From positions 1 through 64,000 of the forward strand of contig NOWV01000149.1 of NCBI GenBank assembly GCA_003344405.1: a stretch of DNA of 64,000 nucleotides, read 5' to 3'. The notes under the pieces were generated by a model. It searched no databases, was not told the DNA's origin, and saw only the letters and a program-made list of their open reading frames with translations. Shown here piece after piece: positions 14,838 to 27,112 of this stretch (position 1 is the first letter of the stretch; each line of letters begins with the position of its first letter). This DNA comes from Trichoplax sp. H2. Taxonomy: Eukaryota. The translations under genes were made by a program, and so were the position numbers.

Positions 14838-15860
14838 ATGAATTCAATGTTAAACAACAGTAACTCGACAAACCGTCCATCGATGTCAAATACTCAGCCA
14901 GCTCCAGACCTTACTTATAGTCATGTTCTAATGGGCATCATTGGAGGAATGTGTATCATTACCAATGCCTTCATTTTCATAACCATCGTTCGACGAAAAA
15001 AGCTGCGTACTCCTGCCAATGATATCTTGCAAAGTATGTTTATCAGTGGATTTTTATTTGGTGCTGTTTACATTCTACCGAAATGGACCAATTTGGAATA
15101 TTTAAGATGGCCAATCTACTGTTCATTATCAGGTCCAATTGGTGTACACTTTACGCTAATTTTCAATTTTCATCAGTGCCTTATCTGTATTGATAAGTTG
15201 CTTGCCTTGCGATGGCCATTAAAATATCGTATCTCCATTAGCCATTGCAAAATGATCACAGTCATTATTGTGATATGGTTAGTAGCAGCTTTTGCTGCGT
15301 TCTCACCTTTAATGTTTTTCAGACCTATCAGCAATGTCTATTGCATTCAAAGAAGCAGGGATGTGGAAAAGGAAGCTTTATATTTAAAGATTATTTACGG
15401 TCTAGTCTTCTTTGTGCCTCTCATTCTGATGGTTATTTCCTACACTGGTATCATAGTTATAGTTAATTCAAGAACAAGAATGGATCGCTACAGAAGCGAT
15501 AAACATATTGATCAGAATTTTTTTTCAATTACCATTAAAACTGCTAAACAAATGGCAGTTATAGCTGGTGCATTTGTAGTGCTGTGGTTACCATTTATTG
15601 CTATAAGTCTTTATGCTGTCAGTAACCCTTTTGCGCTATTTTTTCAAAGAAGCTGGTTTCAGCCTTTGTTTGAAACTCTTCGCTTCTTGGCATTTTCCTA
15701 TCCGGCTATAAATCCAATATTTTGCGCTTACTATGTTAATAGTATTCGCAAAGCCTTGTATCAAGATGTAGGACGCAAATTGACGGTAGTCAAGAAACCT
15801 CCCTATAGCAACACTAACAGCACTAATCTTCCACTAAAGACTACTTCACAATCCTTTTAA
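14838..15860 (+). CDS. Class A orphan GPCR, 340 aa, intronless CDS
   Basis: N-terminal N-glycosylation sequons (NNS, NST); 7TM; DKL in place of DRY followed by WPLKYR; FFVP; WLPF; YPAINPIFC; good Kozak gccaccATG. Confidence 0.94.
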   Translation: MNSMLNNSNSTNRPSMSNTQPAPDLTYSHVLMGIIGGMCIITNAFIFITIVRRKKLRTPANDILQSMFISGFLFGAVYILPKWTNLEYLRWPIYCSLSGPIGVHFTLIFNFHQCLICIDKLLALRWPLKYRISISHCKMITVIIVIWLVAAFAAFSPLMFFRPISNVYCIQRSRDVEKEALYLKIIYGLVFFVPLILMVISYTGIIVIVNSRTRMDRYRSDKHIDQNFFSITIKTAKQMAVIAGAFVVLWLPFIAISLYAVSNPFALFFQRSWFQPLFETLRFLAFSYPAINPIFCAYYVNSIRKALYQDVGRKLTVVKKPPYSNTNSTNLPLKTTSQSF

Positions 15861-18800
15861 TTGTATCGAAAAGGTAACATACATCATTGGAAGAGTGCTA
15901 GCTTGCTCTTTGAATTGAGATCAATGTCATCTCTAATATCATTCTTGAATATAAGGTAAACACTTATAGCCTACTACCAGAATTATTCATCTTTGACACT
16001 TACTGAAACTTCTACAGCTATGATGCTTAGCTCCACTTTAGGATGAGCTTATTTCTTGTACTATGTATATGTTTCCATTTTATTTCATCCTGTTTTTGTC
16101 TCTCACCATGATTAGATAGAAGTAGGAAAATATGACTTATTCTTAAATAGTAATACGGTTATATTAATGATTAAAGGCTATATAGTACATCTCGAAACTT
16201 TTCTAACAGTCTTTTCCCTGATATTACATAAAATCAATTAGGGTTATACAATGCATTAGTATCGAATGTAAGTTGAAATTAGCGTTCTTTCTGCTTCTAG
16301 GATTCTATAGTAAAATAATAATTTCGATCATTTTTTCTACTATTACGCATATTAATTAATAAATACAATAATTTGTTGAATATGTATCAACCTCATTCTT
16401 ATCTTCTGTATTAAATTAACATATAGTCCTTTGATTGCTAAATAGTTCATGCTTAACTAATAATAGTAGAATCTGAAAATTATTCTAGATTGTATTCCAA
16501 AATAAATCTATCACTTTTTCTTCCTAAAATAAAGGTTTGAATTTTCATGATCGATATTGCTAGTATAAAACAAATATGTACCATGAAAATACAATATTTT
16601 AAAGATTATTGTCGATATGATAACAAGATACAAGATAACTCTTCAGCCGAAATTAAGAATTGATTTATTCAATGTAATAATTCTTTGGTTATAAGTCAAT
16701 GTGTATAAGCTTGCTCATATTTAAGCCGAGGTCAGAAACTTTCAAACACTAATATATCGTTTATGGTAGCTGGAGAATACCGGTAATGTCCGAGAGTACT
16801 GAAGAGGAAACAAAAAAATCTAGATCGAATTATATTATTAATGCAGTCATTAAAATATCAGATATAAATAGAAAGTTTTCAGTTTATCCCTGTAGTTGTT
16901 TTCGCGGCGAACCTACAAATTACAGAGCACCCTTAATTTAATATCCTGTTTACTTCACTATCAAATTACTTACGCCAAAAATAACTCCTTTACAATGAAA
17001 TGAGATTACTACCCAATACTTGATATCAGCGTGTAATAACATCATCAAATATATTGGAATGCTAAAAATTTTTAACTGAGAATTATCATCTTGTTTTCTT
17101 TTGATCGTATCTACGTTCAATATTTATATAAATCTAAACTATCGTTAGTTTATTTATTCTACTGAAATATCTCGTGTAGTTATAAAAATTTATTCTTGAT
17201 ATGATAATAAGGGTAGCTTTAAACAACGAGTACTGCTTCATTTCAAGTGCCTCAATGTTTGTCTTCTTACTTTTCAACTTTATTAACGTAAACAACTTAA
17301 TGTTATACAATTAAAATTTGACTGTTTTATTCTTTCAGCAGGGGGGTTGCAGTATAGTCTCGTTACACTATCATGAACTGTATTACTTCTGACTCCAAAA
17401 ATACTTTCAAAAATACTGTCAAATCTCATTTCTTTATTATTGTTTATTCATCCATTTTATTTTTTATGAGTGGATAAGAGAGTATGACTATTCAATGCAT
17501 CGCAGTATTTTGCGCTGTAGTAAATTTTAACATTCTTCTGACGATGAATGCTTTGTTATTATTTTTAGAAAATATATTATTTTCTAGGAGACAGAAAAGT
17601 TTATTTCAACCCTTTATTAAAGTTACTGGACTATACTGTTTATTTCATAATACATTCTGAATATAATACTGATATCCAAATATTAAGACTTGTAAAATCG
17701 ATTTAAACCGCATCCACGAGTATAGCAATTTTAATAGCTATCTAGATCTACGGCTTGCCATTTCGTTGATATTATTTAAATAATCCTGCTGTTTTATTAT
17801 TCTGCGCAATGATTTTTCTCCATAAATTACCTGTTTTATTAACGAGTTCTTAGCAAAAGATGATAATATCTTTGTATAATTGCTTAATACGAAAGGAATC
17901 TTTAGCTTCTAAATATAGCGTACGGTTTGGCCTTTGAAAAAGAAATAATGAGGCAGCAAGAATCTAGTGCGATTGCCTTAAATAAGCATTAAACGGCGGC
18001 AACTTGGTCTGCACTGATTGAAATAATCATTGCAAACGTCTAATTTTGAATATAAATTTAAACAATATCATTTCGAACTATTTATTTAGATATGGCAGTA
18101 TCCATAAATACAAATTAAATTTTATATATTTAAGACTCATGCAAATATCAGTAGCCGATATTACAGAGAAACTCGGATGCGCGTTTCAGATTGAAATCAT
18201 TATCTAAAGCAATGGATTTGAACATCGTGAAAGGAAGTTAGTGTCGTAAAACAAACTGTGTAATACTTGAAATAATTAATTCGGCAATACTTTAGTAATT
18301 GGGTAGTTATGTCCATAGAGTTTCTTTATTATTATTGCTGTTATTATTAGAACATTTCAAACAGTTTAGAGAAATAACGCAGTTATACGAGTTTCAAAGT
18401 TTTACTTCAAATATTTCTTCTTCTGAAATACGCTAATATGCTAATGTTAATATCGCGCTTAACAATTATTTGTACTATAAGACAAGACTAAGCTGAAAAT
18501 TTGTAGAAAATGAAAGCCAAACTATTGGTATATTCGAAACATGTTAACTTTAAAATTATGCCATTGTATCATTTTATCAAATCTAATGTTTCACAGATAA
18601 ACGGAGAATTTATAAAATTTCCTACACGTTAACTAGGACAGCAAACAATTTTGCAGATGTTTATCGATAACAGCCCAAGCTGCTTAGTTACTACACAGAT
18701 GTCGTAAGTTCAAGTATTAATAATAATTTTATTTCACTGCTCAAAAACTTTTAAGCATGTATTCTCCTAATAAAACAAACATAACAGTAGTAAATGCATG

Positions 18801-20498
18801 TATGCTGTTTATCTACATGGAAAATGATTTATTCTTATGTCCATTATTAAACCTACAAAGATTTATTCTTCTGAAAATGGATCTAGTTTGATATTATTTC
18901 CGTAACCGTTGATAATATAATCAGTATTGTAGCTGTGATATATATAACCTGATTTTCAAATCCATAGTAACCATTGGAAACATAGGACCATAAAGACAAC
19001 ATCAACAATGTCGTTGATAGCGAAAAAGTTTCAATTTTATGAGTACAATGTCAACGGCTACATAATGTAAGTTTTCATATTTTATTTCCAATGGCGCCGC
19101 TATCAAGGAATGAGTCTAAATTTGAGTTATAACTAATTTTAATGAAGCATCATGTTTTATTTATTAAATGAGCAGAAATACTCGGAACATACGATAATAG
19201 TCAAAGCCTTAAGGGATCAATTTCATATTTATGAACGAAGCTAATCAATGTAAAAGATAAGACCAAGAAGTGATTAGAGGAATAGAACTATATATAATTG
19301 AATGAAATAAAATATATTTTTAGTCCTTAAAAAAGATTGTAGATAACAGTCTAATTCGCTTGCTTCACTAATGAGCAAGGTCTAAATTACTTTAGGGTAT
19401 CTATCTTTTCGAAGGAAACAATAGGTTCTGTTCAAGATAGTTATTCTGGCAGCATGAAAACTTCTCTACGCTAACATAAATTAAATTTATTAATCAAAGC
19501 AAAGATACTGCCTTTCGTAATCTTGCTAATTTTGATGATGCTAATTACGCAATCGACTTAGAGGACAATTCTTGTTATGAATCTAGATCATCATAAGTGA
19601 AACTAAAAAATACCTTAATTTAATCATAATTGCCGTAATTGTCAATTGCTTTGCATCCAGTTTACATAATAGCATCCCAAAATGAATCTACGGTTATTAA
19701 TATTGAAGTTGATAATTACTATCAGCACCATAAGTATACCACAGAGTAATATTTTAAGATATTAGTCTAGTGCAATCCAATCATAATATTTAAAGTTTAT
19801 TCTACAATATTTATCTTCAATTTTGCTAGTAATTTAGCATGTTATTACTATATGAAAATTAGTATTTTAATTTCTATGCTTACATTTAATGTATCCTATA
19901 ACCATAAAATATTCTTAATTTATTATTCTCCTCTTTATCAACAAAAAATCAATGTTTATCAGACATACAGTGTTACCAAGCCTAGGCGACTAAAATCTCC
20001 ACCGGCCTATAAATCATTACTATTGTCTGGGTTTACGTTAAATGACATATTTTTGCTTCACCAATTTCAAATTGGAATAAGGCTATAGTTAACAATTCGC
20101 TAAAAAAAAGTAATTTACCGATATTATTAAAATTTCGATTTTACTTTTGTAGATAGCTAATATCATGATGCATAATGGATAATTTTAATCAATTGTTTTC
20201 AAGCTATATTTAGTCCATTGTATATCGACCATTGAATACTTTTTTTAAATGTTCTATAAATATCTGTAAGCCTGGTACAATTTTTTTAATTTTACGTTTT
20301 TATTTTTCAAGAGAAAAACTATTTTACATGCTAAAAAATCGTACCTATCAGCAGTTATCGATCTCCCGGAAAAATTTGACTGGTATCATTCCAATATTTG
20401 GATAATAATCTAGACCTTAATTTTTGAATATTCTAAACGTCTCTCTAGTCAATAAATATATTTCAGCGTTTTGGCTTTCGTTCTCTCTCCGATTAAGC

Positions 20499-21491
20499 AT
20501 GATCAACTCAAGTTACATTCAACAAATTGATATCATAGCTGTTATGGTATGGTCTACTGTTGGTTCATTAGCCTTAGTAGTTAATTTAACATTTATCATC
20601 ATGTACTGTATTAGAGGTTGGCCTCGGCGAGTTATCAGCAATATCTTAATTAGTCAATCAATTGGGCACATTTTGTATATTGCAGCTTACGTCTTTCCGA
20701 GATTGGCATTTGTAGAATGGCAAAGTTTAATCATTTATTGCAATTTTTTCCCTGCCTTGCAAATTGCTATCATTATAATTTTATTTCTACATCCACTTTG
20801 TATCAGTATTGACTGCTATTTAATGATATTTTATCCAATGTATTATCGCTGCCGTAAAGTTCAGCGTAAGATGAGGCAGATGATCATTATAATTTGGGTA
20901 GTTGCTATCGTTGTAGCAGTTATATCTTTAGTTACATTTCATCACTGGTCTAATAACGGCTGTAATCAAAGTTATACTTCACCACTTAAATCTGTTTACA
21001 CGTTGTTTGTAATGGTTGTCTGTGCCTGCTGCCCCTTCATTATTACTGTTCTATGTTACTGGCGAATTCTTAAGCAATCATTAAATCAACCAAAAGCTAG
21101 CTTTGACAAAAGGATGCCAATATTGAAGCGAAGAAATAGTCCTAATTCAATGGAATCATTATATAGTAAAAATCGAGCCGTAGCTAAATTAATGGCTATA
21201 AACTTTATGCTTTTTAGTATTTTATCTTTGCCCTTTCTTACATTATTTACAATTCGATCGATAACAAGAAGTGATATTGGCACTGGAGCATTTGTAGTTT
21301 TACGGTATATTTCACACTTTTATTTTATCTTAGCTCCAGTAATTAATTTATTATTTATTCACTATATTAATGCAGCAGTTAAGGAAGCTATGCTTAGTTC
21401 TAGAGTATCATGGAGTAATAGTTCGATAAAATTAAGTATCGGAAGATCCTTTCGATCGCTTGCAGGTACTGTGGATGGTACTACTGTATAA
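20499..21491 (+). CDS. Class A orphan GPCR, ~330 aa, most diverged member of the cluster
   Basis: The track ORF starts at TTG 20424. First ATG is at 20499 (MINSS), just after an acceptor-like tatttcag at ~20466. 7TM; SIDCY..YPMYYR, IIW, CPF..CYW, SLPF, APVINLL. Confidence 0.88.
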   Translation: MINSSYIQQIDIIAVMVWSTVGSLALVVNLTFIIMYCIRGWPRRVISNILISQSIGHILYIAAYVFPRLAFVEWQSLIIYCNFFPALQIAIIIILFLHPLCISIDCYLMIFYPMYYRCRKVQRKMRQMIIIIWVVAIVVAVISLVTFHHWSNNGCNQSYTSPLKSVYTLFVMVVCACCPFIITVLCYWRILKQSLNQPKASFDKRMPILKRRNSPNSMESLYSKNRAVAKLMAINFMLFSILSLPFLTLFTIRSITRSDIGTGAFVVLRYISHFYFILAPVINLLFIHYINAAVKEAMLSSRVSWSNSSIKLSIGRSFRSLAGTVDGTTV

Positions 21492-23820
21492 TTCTACTTC
21501 TCGTTTCTTACATCCAGTATATTACTTATCTACTTGTGTTTAGTAGCATTATATATTGTGGTATTAAGATATAACATTATTCTGCATTCAGAGTACAATT
21601 TAAATTAAAGATCTTCATCACAAAAATTATACTCGTAGGCAGTGCAATATACTTATGCTATTAAGTTCTGCTTTAACCGATGTCATAATACACCTAAAGA
21701 AGGAGGTATAAGAACGCTGATACTGAAAATTCAGTACTAGATGTTATTAACTGACTCTCGTTAGTAACTGTAACTATTTCCAATATTAAATAAAATCACT
21801 TGCGTCAAGGATAAACCATGAAATAGACGAATTCTTTCATGATTATTTTCTGTTTAGAAAATTTATCTTGCTTGCCTTGACTCTCATTCATTGTCGTCCG
21901 TTATTTGCTGCCCTAATACATAGCACGTGTACAAAGTTTTCCAATTTCATTATTGTAGGCCAAATAATTAATGCAGCATTTTTTTATTTCTGCTTTGATT
22001 AACTATATATTGTTCATTGTTAACAATGTTTTATGAATATAATGTAGAATCTAAATTCCAATCAGTTATGACTATCAATAAAGGAAAAATTTTAGCATAA
22101 AATATCTGGAAAATATATACATAGAATGTATTATGTAGAATACTTGAACATTAAAAAAAATCTCCCCTTATTAAATCGATGAGCGATATCTTTTTCTATT
22201 ATGGGCGTCTTTAAAAGTTAATAGCACAGTAATTTATCAGTTCAGTTTCCTTCTAAAGATACTGTATCAAAATTAAGTATAGTACAAACCAAATAAAAGA
22301 TTAATAAAATCCCATAAATCGTATTTGCGTTTGTCTCTTTGGCATACAATTATTCGCTAAATTTACAAAAGGCTTAAAGCAAATTGTTAGAATCAAAGAT
22401 GCTAACAGATACATTAAATCATGTTTGCTCTGCAGGCATTTTCAGATCAGCGACGAAAACTGAAATTTGAATGTTTGTGTTTTGTGTGGCTGTAAAAATA
22501 AATGCCCTCTATACTATATTTACGTTATTATTGCATTAGGTTAAAAGCAAAGCAATAGATAAAATGACTTAAGAATTATCCTATTTAAACTGTATCTGTT
22601 ATAGTATATCACATATTTATGTAATTACTGATGACGTTGTTATATAGCCATATTGCGTAACCACAGAAATTAGATCATATTCGATGCTAAAATATTGAAT
22701 CTTGAAAGGTATTGAATAACAAGGAAATCAGTTGTTATCAAGTTATAATAGTGTTTATTAGCTCCCAGAATATTTGCATGTATGTAAATTCTTCAAAAGA
22801 TATCATACGATTAGTCGCGATTACCCTTCTTAACCCTTCGGAGAACACTTAAGTCTACAGGAAGTCTAGTAGAACGCTAGAATGGCAATAGAGATTTCAA
22901 CTTGTCTGCAAAATTTACCGTAGATGACAAACAGAATAAATCAATCCAACGTGTACAAATCCCCTTATACTTGAAAATTCTAAGAAGCAATTTTAGAACA
23001 TAATCGATTTCAATCCAAAATTTTACTTACATTACTTATGAATCTTTATTAGTGAGCATAGCCAATGAAGCCCCATAATACAGAATGATTAATTCACCGT
23101 TGCCAACTTTCATAGTTTAAAATTTATAGTCATGAACTAATATATTTTTGAGTACAAAAGATAATGGCCACTATTGCAATTGTGAACTACTGTCTGTTTG
23201 TACGTAGTATCTTATATACATATGACCGGTAAAACTACTAATTGTTTATGAAGTAATTTTAGAATTTTAGTGTTCAGATAGCAGTAATGACCAACTGAAG
23301 ATTATGCCAATGCCAATATTCCTCGCTGTATTTGATACAGTATTTTATATGAAAGCAGAATAGACTGTCATAAATTTTATCTTTTAACATTTACTCAGCG
23401 GTGCAGAAGATAGTTTGCATAGCTTGGGCCAATATCTACCAATAATGTCCTACTGCTTACTACTGTAAATTCGGCGCAATTATACTGCTGCTAACACAAC
23501 GCTCCCTCCTGCATTTTGTATAATCCGTAAGAATCGAGTGTACGGCCAGCAGTTTTGCTAGCCTTCTATTCAAGAATTGTAGTCTTCAGATGGTAGCAGC
23601 AGTCTCCAACCACGGATTGTGCAGATACAAAAATATCCTGAATGAACTGTGTATTTAATACCGTATTTTACAAGTTATTCTACTGTTGATGAACTGTAGT
23701 AGATGCTATCTTCGTGTGCATAGACGATGAGGGTATTATACAGTGCTACCGTCTTCTACTCTCACTTTAAATTAACCGCAAAATTTTTATCACTTCATTT
23801 ATTACATTATTACTTAGTTT

Positions 23821-24240
23821 TAAACCGTAAGGATGGCAACGGTGATGTGTATTTACATGTACTTTGTATGTTATGTTATTGTTTTTACAGTTAACTCAAT
23901 TGATTTCAAACAGTAACAACATCAATAACTATGCATGCATATGCATTACATATATCATATGTTGTTTTATTATGCCTACCGTTAACTAATTCTATTCTAT
24001 GCTTCAGACCCTAAATACGGCAACCGCGATGTATATTTCCACTTTTATTGTATGTTGCGTTGTTATTTTTACTGTTATCTAAATTTAATTAAGACCGTAA
24101 GGACGACAACAGCAATGTGCCTTTTACACGCATATAAATTTACGTGTATTATGTTATTGCCTTTTAGCTTTAATTGAATTTAAGACGTTGAGGATAGCAA
24201 CGGTGATGTCTATTTACACGTTGATTATATTATATAGAAT
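23821..24240. repeat. Degenerate minisatellite, ~86-95 bp unit, ~5 copies
   Basis: Anchor (a)ccgtaaggatggcaacggtgatgt and variants at ~23824, ~24008, ~24094 and ~24185, plus a decayed copy ~23910; each is followed by a tatgttattg..tttta tract. Confidence 0.75.
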
Positions 24241-27112
24241 GCTGTATCTGTTAACGGTAAAAACAGCATTAATATCATTTGGACTGTTGCCACGATAGTC
24301 CGTGCGTCTGCAAGTCTGTTCCTTCCTACTGTTATACCACTATAAAATATAGTAATGTTAAAACAAAAGAGAGAAATAAAAAATAACGGTTACTGCTGAA
24401 CAATACTGCAACATAGTTAACTGCTATAACGGGCCAAAATCGCCAGTATACTATGTTTTCTTGTAGTGATTGAATTCTTGCATACTGTACATTACTAACA
24501 CAAATTACAATATGAAATATGTACATATTTACTAGCAAACGTCTGATGTTACGAGAAGTATGTTTTACATAGGATCATTTACAGTTCAAGAAGGTGAAGA
24601 TGAAAGACGAATTGAGCGTAGTTAACTATAATTTAGTTCATTAACTGATTAGTTGCTATTCAATTTACTTCGTAACATAAAACGCTGACGACAATATATA
24701 GTACGGTGCTGAGTATAGCAGCGCTTCGATAATATATCATCTGCCATAGGACTTTAGCTGGTATTAATATTTTGTAACTCTGGTACATATCAACTGAGAT
24801 TATTTATTCTATTAAACCATTCGTCATTTCTGCAGTTATTGACAGAATTACTTAAGCAGACTATTTATCCGTCTGGTCCCATTTCATATTTTACTGCATC
24901 TAGTTCACATTTGCCCGCCGTCCTAAATCATAATGTTAAATTCAACTACTGAAAGTGTACAAGGGAGAAATGCTTTCATGCATGAATCAAGCCGTATTGC
25001 TGTTTTGGACAGAAGCATGAATCAACCGATAAGAAAGTAAGTGATATACCATGTATTTTTATCAGATTAAGGTTTTAAAAGCGGTTCATCTATTTAAATT
25101 ATCTTTTTAGTCATAGACCGCTTCATAATTTTAAATAACACTAGTAATGCTCCGTAATATCTTGTAATTCTAAATCGCCTATCAAAGAGCAGCAGTACTT
25201 CACAATTACCTAGCATACGAGTATAGTAAAGCAGTTGTTCATACAGCATACTTTGATTAAAACAATATTCTTCCTGTAGGATTAAGTTGGAGTTGAAAAG
25301 CTACTATTCGTGAATGTACAATCCAAATCAATTTCAATATCGCTTTTTTGGATATGTCTGATTGAATCTAGTTGTCTGTAAGGCGTAAAAGCTGTACCCT
25401 TATCATAAATGTAGGATATACAGTTGAAAACTTCCATTTTACCAATCCAAAAGTTTCAAGATAATTGAATTAACGCAGAATGATCTGACGTTAATGACAA
25501 CTGATTTATTTTAGTCTTTTCGCTTTATTACTCCATCAAAATCTTCATACACTCGTAGATACTTATTACTACTTCTAGCTACCATAACAAACTATAAAGG
25601 AACAGATTTCATTATTCGTATAAGAACAAATGCAATCGTAAGTGAAAGTTCTTTCTCTTAAGATTGATATCAGAGTAACAATTTAATTCTCATAATTCTC
25701 TTGCGATAGTTCACAAGTGTAAGGAATACTCGTGTTATAATATAGTGTTTATTGATAAACATAAAAATAAGATTTTACACAATCTTATTGTCGAATAAAC
25801 GCAGTTAGGTTAATTTCATTTACTTTTAGCAAAATATAATGAATCGCATTATGCTATACTGTATGTCTCAGTATTCGTGATAGTTTGTAACAGGTAGACA
25901 ACATTATAAATTAGAATTATAAATTATGTTTTACATATTTCTGGCGTAAAATAATCTTGACAGAACATGGTAGCTTAGACTTTTTAGATTAATCTTTTAT
26001 TCTCCTTCTATTCAAGCATAATGGAACAAACGATAATTTAAAAATTATCGAACATACATTATGTATCGTTTGATGCAGACATCTACTGGCCTGATGTATT
26101 TTGCTCTACACTATTCACGTTCTCACTAATCTACAATACGTCAATTTCGAATGATTGCCGATTGGCTAGTAAAATGATTATTTTTTCTTCAATAATAAAG
26201 AGATTATGAAATGTTGTGCCTACCCTATTAATGCTAATTGATAGTTGGTAACTGGATGCTAGGCTATTATACATAGCGGTAGCTTTCTTAATACCCTGTA
26301 TTCGCTATGCATTATGTTTGATCTTCTGATGATAAAGTTATAATGCTATTTAAATATTGAAATGTTTTTGAACATTTTATCAGTAGTACATCCTATCCCT
26401 TTTACTTATTCTTCTCATGTACATAAACAGAGTACATCAATCTAATCTTCGATAACCATTATTGAGCCCATCTTTGATACAGAACCCTTCCACTAATTGA
26501 TTGCCTTTTACATTAATTTTAGGAAATACACTATACTTCGATATGAAATGTAGTTTAGAAAATACTACTAACGCTAGTAACAGCCCTTTTATCTACATTT
26601 GCCAATTATAATATACTTGCATGTCTATTTTGTAACATTGTCTACAAAATGAAAGAATATACATGACTTCAATAAAGTGGGTTAGATCAATGATTGCTTT
26701 TATCTACTTTTTTCTCTACAACAGCTTTAAATTTGCACTATAATCACTATTTCTGATATGACAGTTCTTATGACAGCTATTATTCAGCAATTAATCTTTG
26801 TTACACAATCTTAATTTTTATTTTGTCAGGAAAACATCAGTCTAAAAAGTATCCTATAATACTATAAGCGAATTAATTCAATTTAGGCTTTCATCAGCCG
26901 TTGTCAATTAATATAATTATAGTTAACAGCAGTTCTGACATTTCTCGCTAGTTGCAGGCTGTTATTATTTAATGTTCTAGATTGCAATTAGGAGAATAAT
27001 AAGTTATAAGTAACATCTGCCAATTTAACGGACAATCTTATAAAATATCACTGACATTTAAATGGTGTAAGAAATGTCTTGTCGGTAATTCTTATGAACG
27101 AATCTTATTTAG

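Noticed and set aside
2946-21491. GPCRs as opsins
   Set aside because: No lysine at the TM7 retinal-binding position (Phe/Tyr region instead).
23821-24240. CRISPR-like repeat-spacer array
   Set aside because: Eukaryotic context, degenerate cores, spacers homologous to each other, no cas genes.
24570-26850. Exon-like pieces (24572, 24962-25036, 25280, 26830-26848) as 5' ZBBX exons or a separate gene
   Set aside because: Could not assemble an unambiguous in-frame chain or recognise a product.
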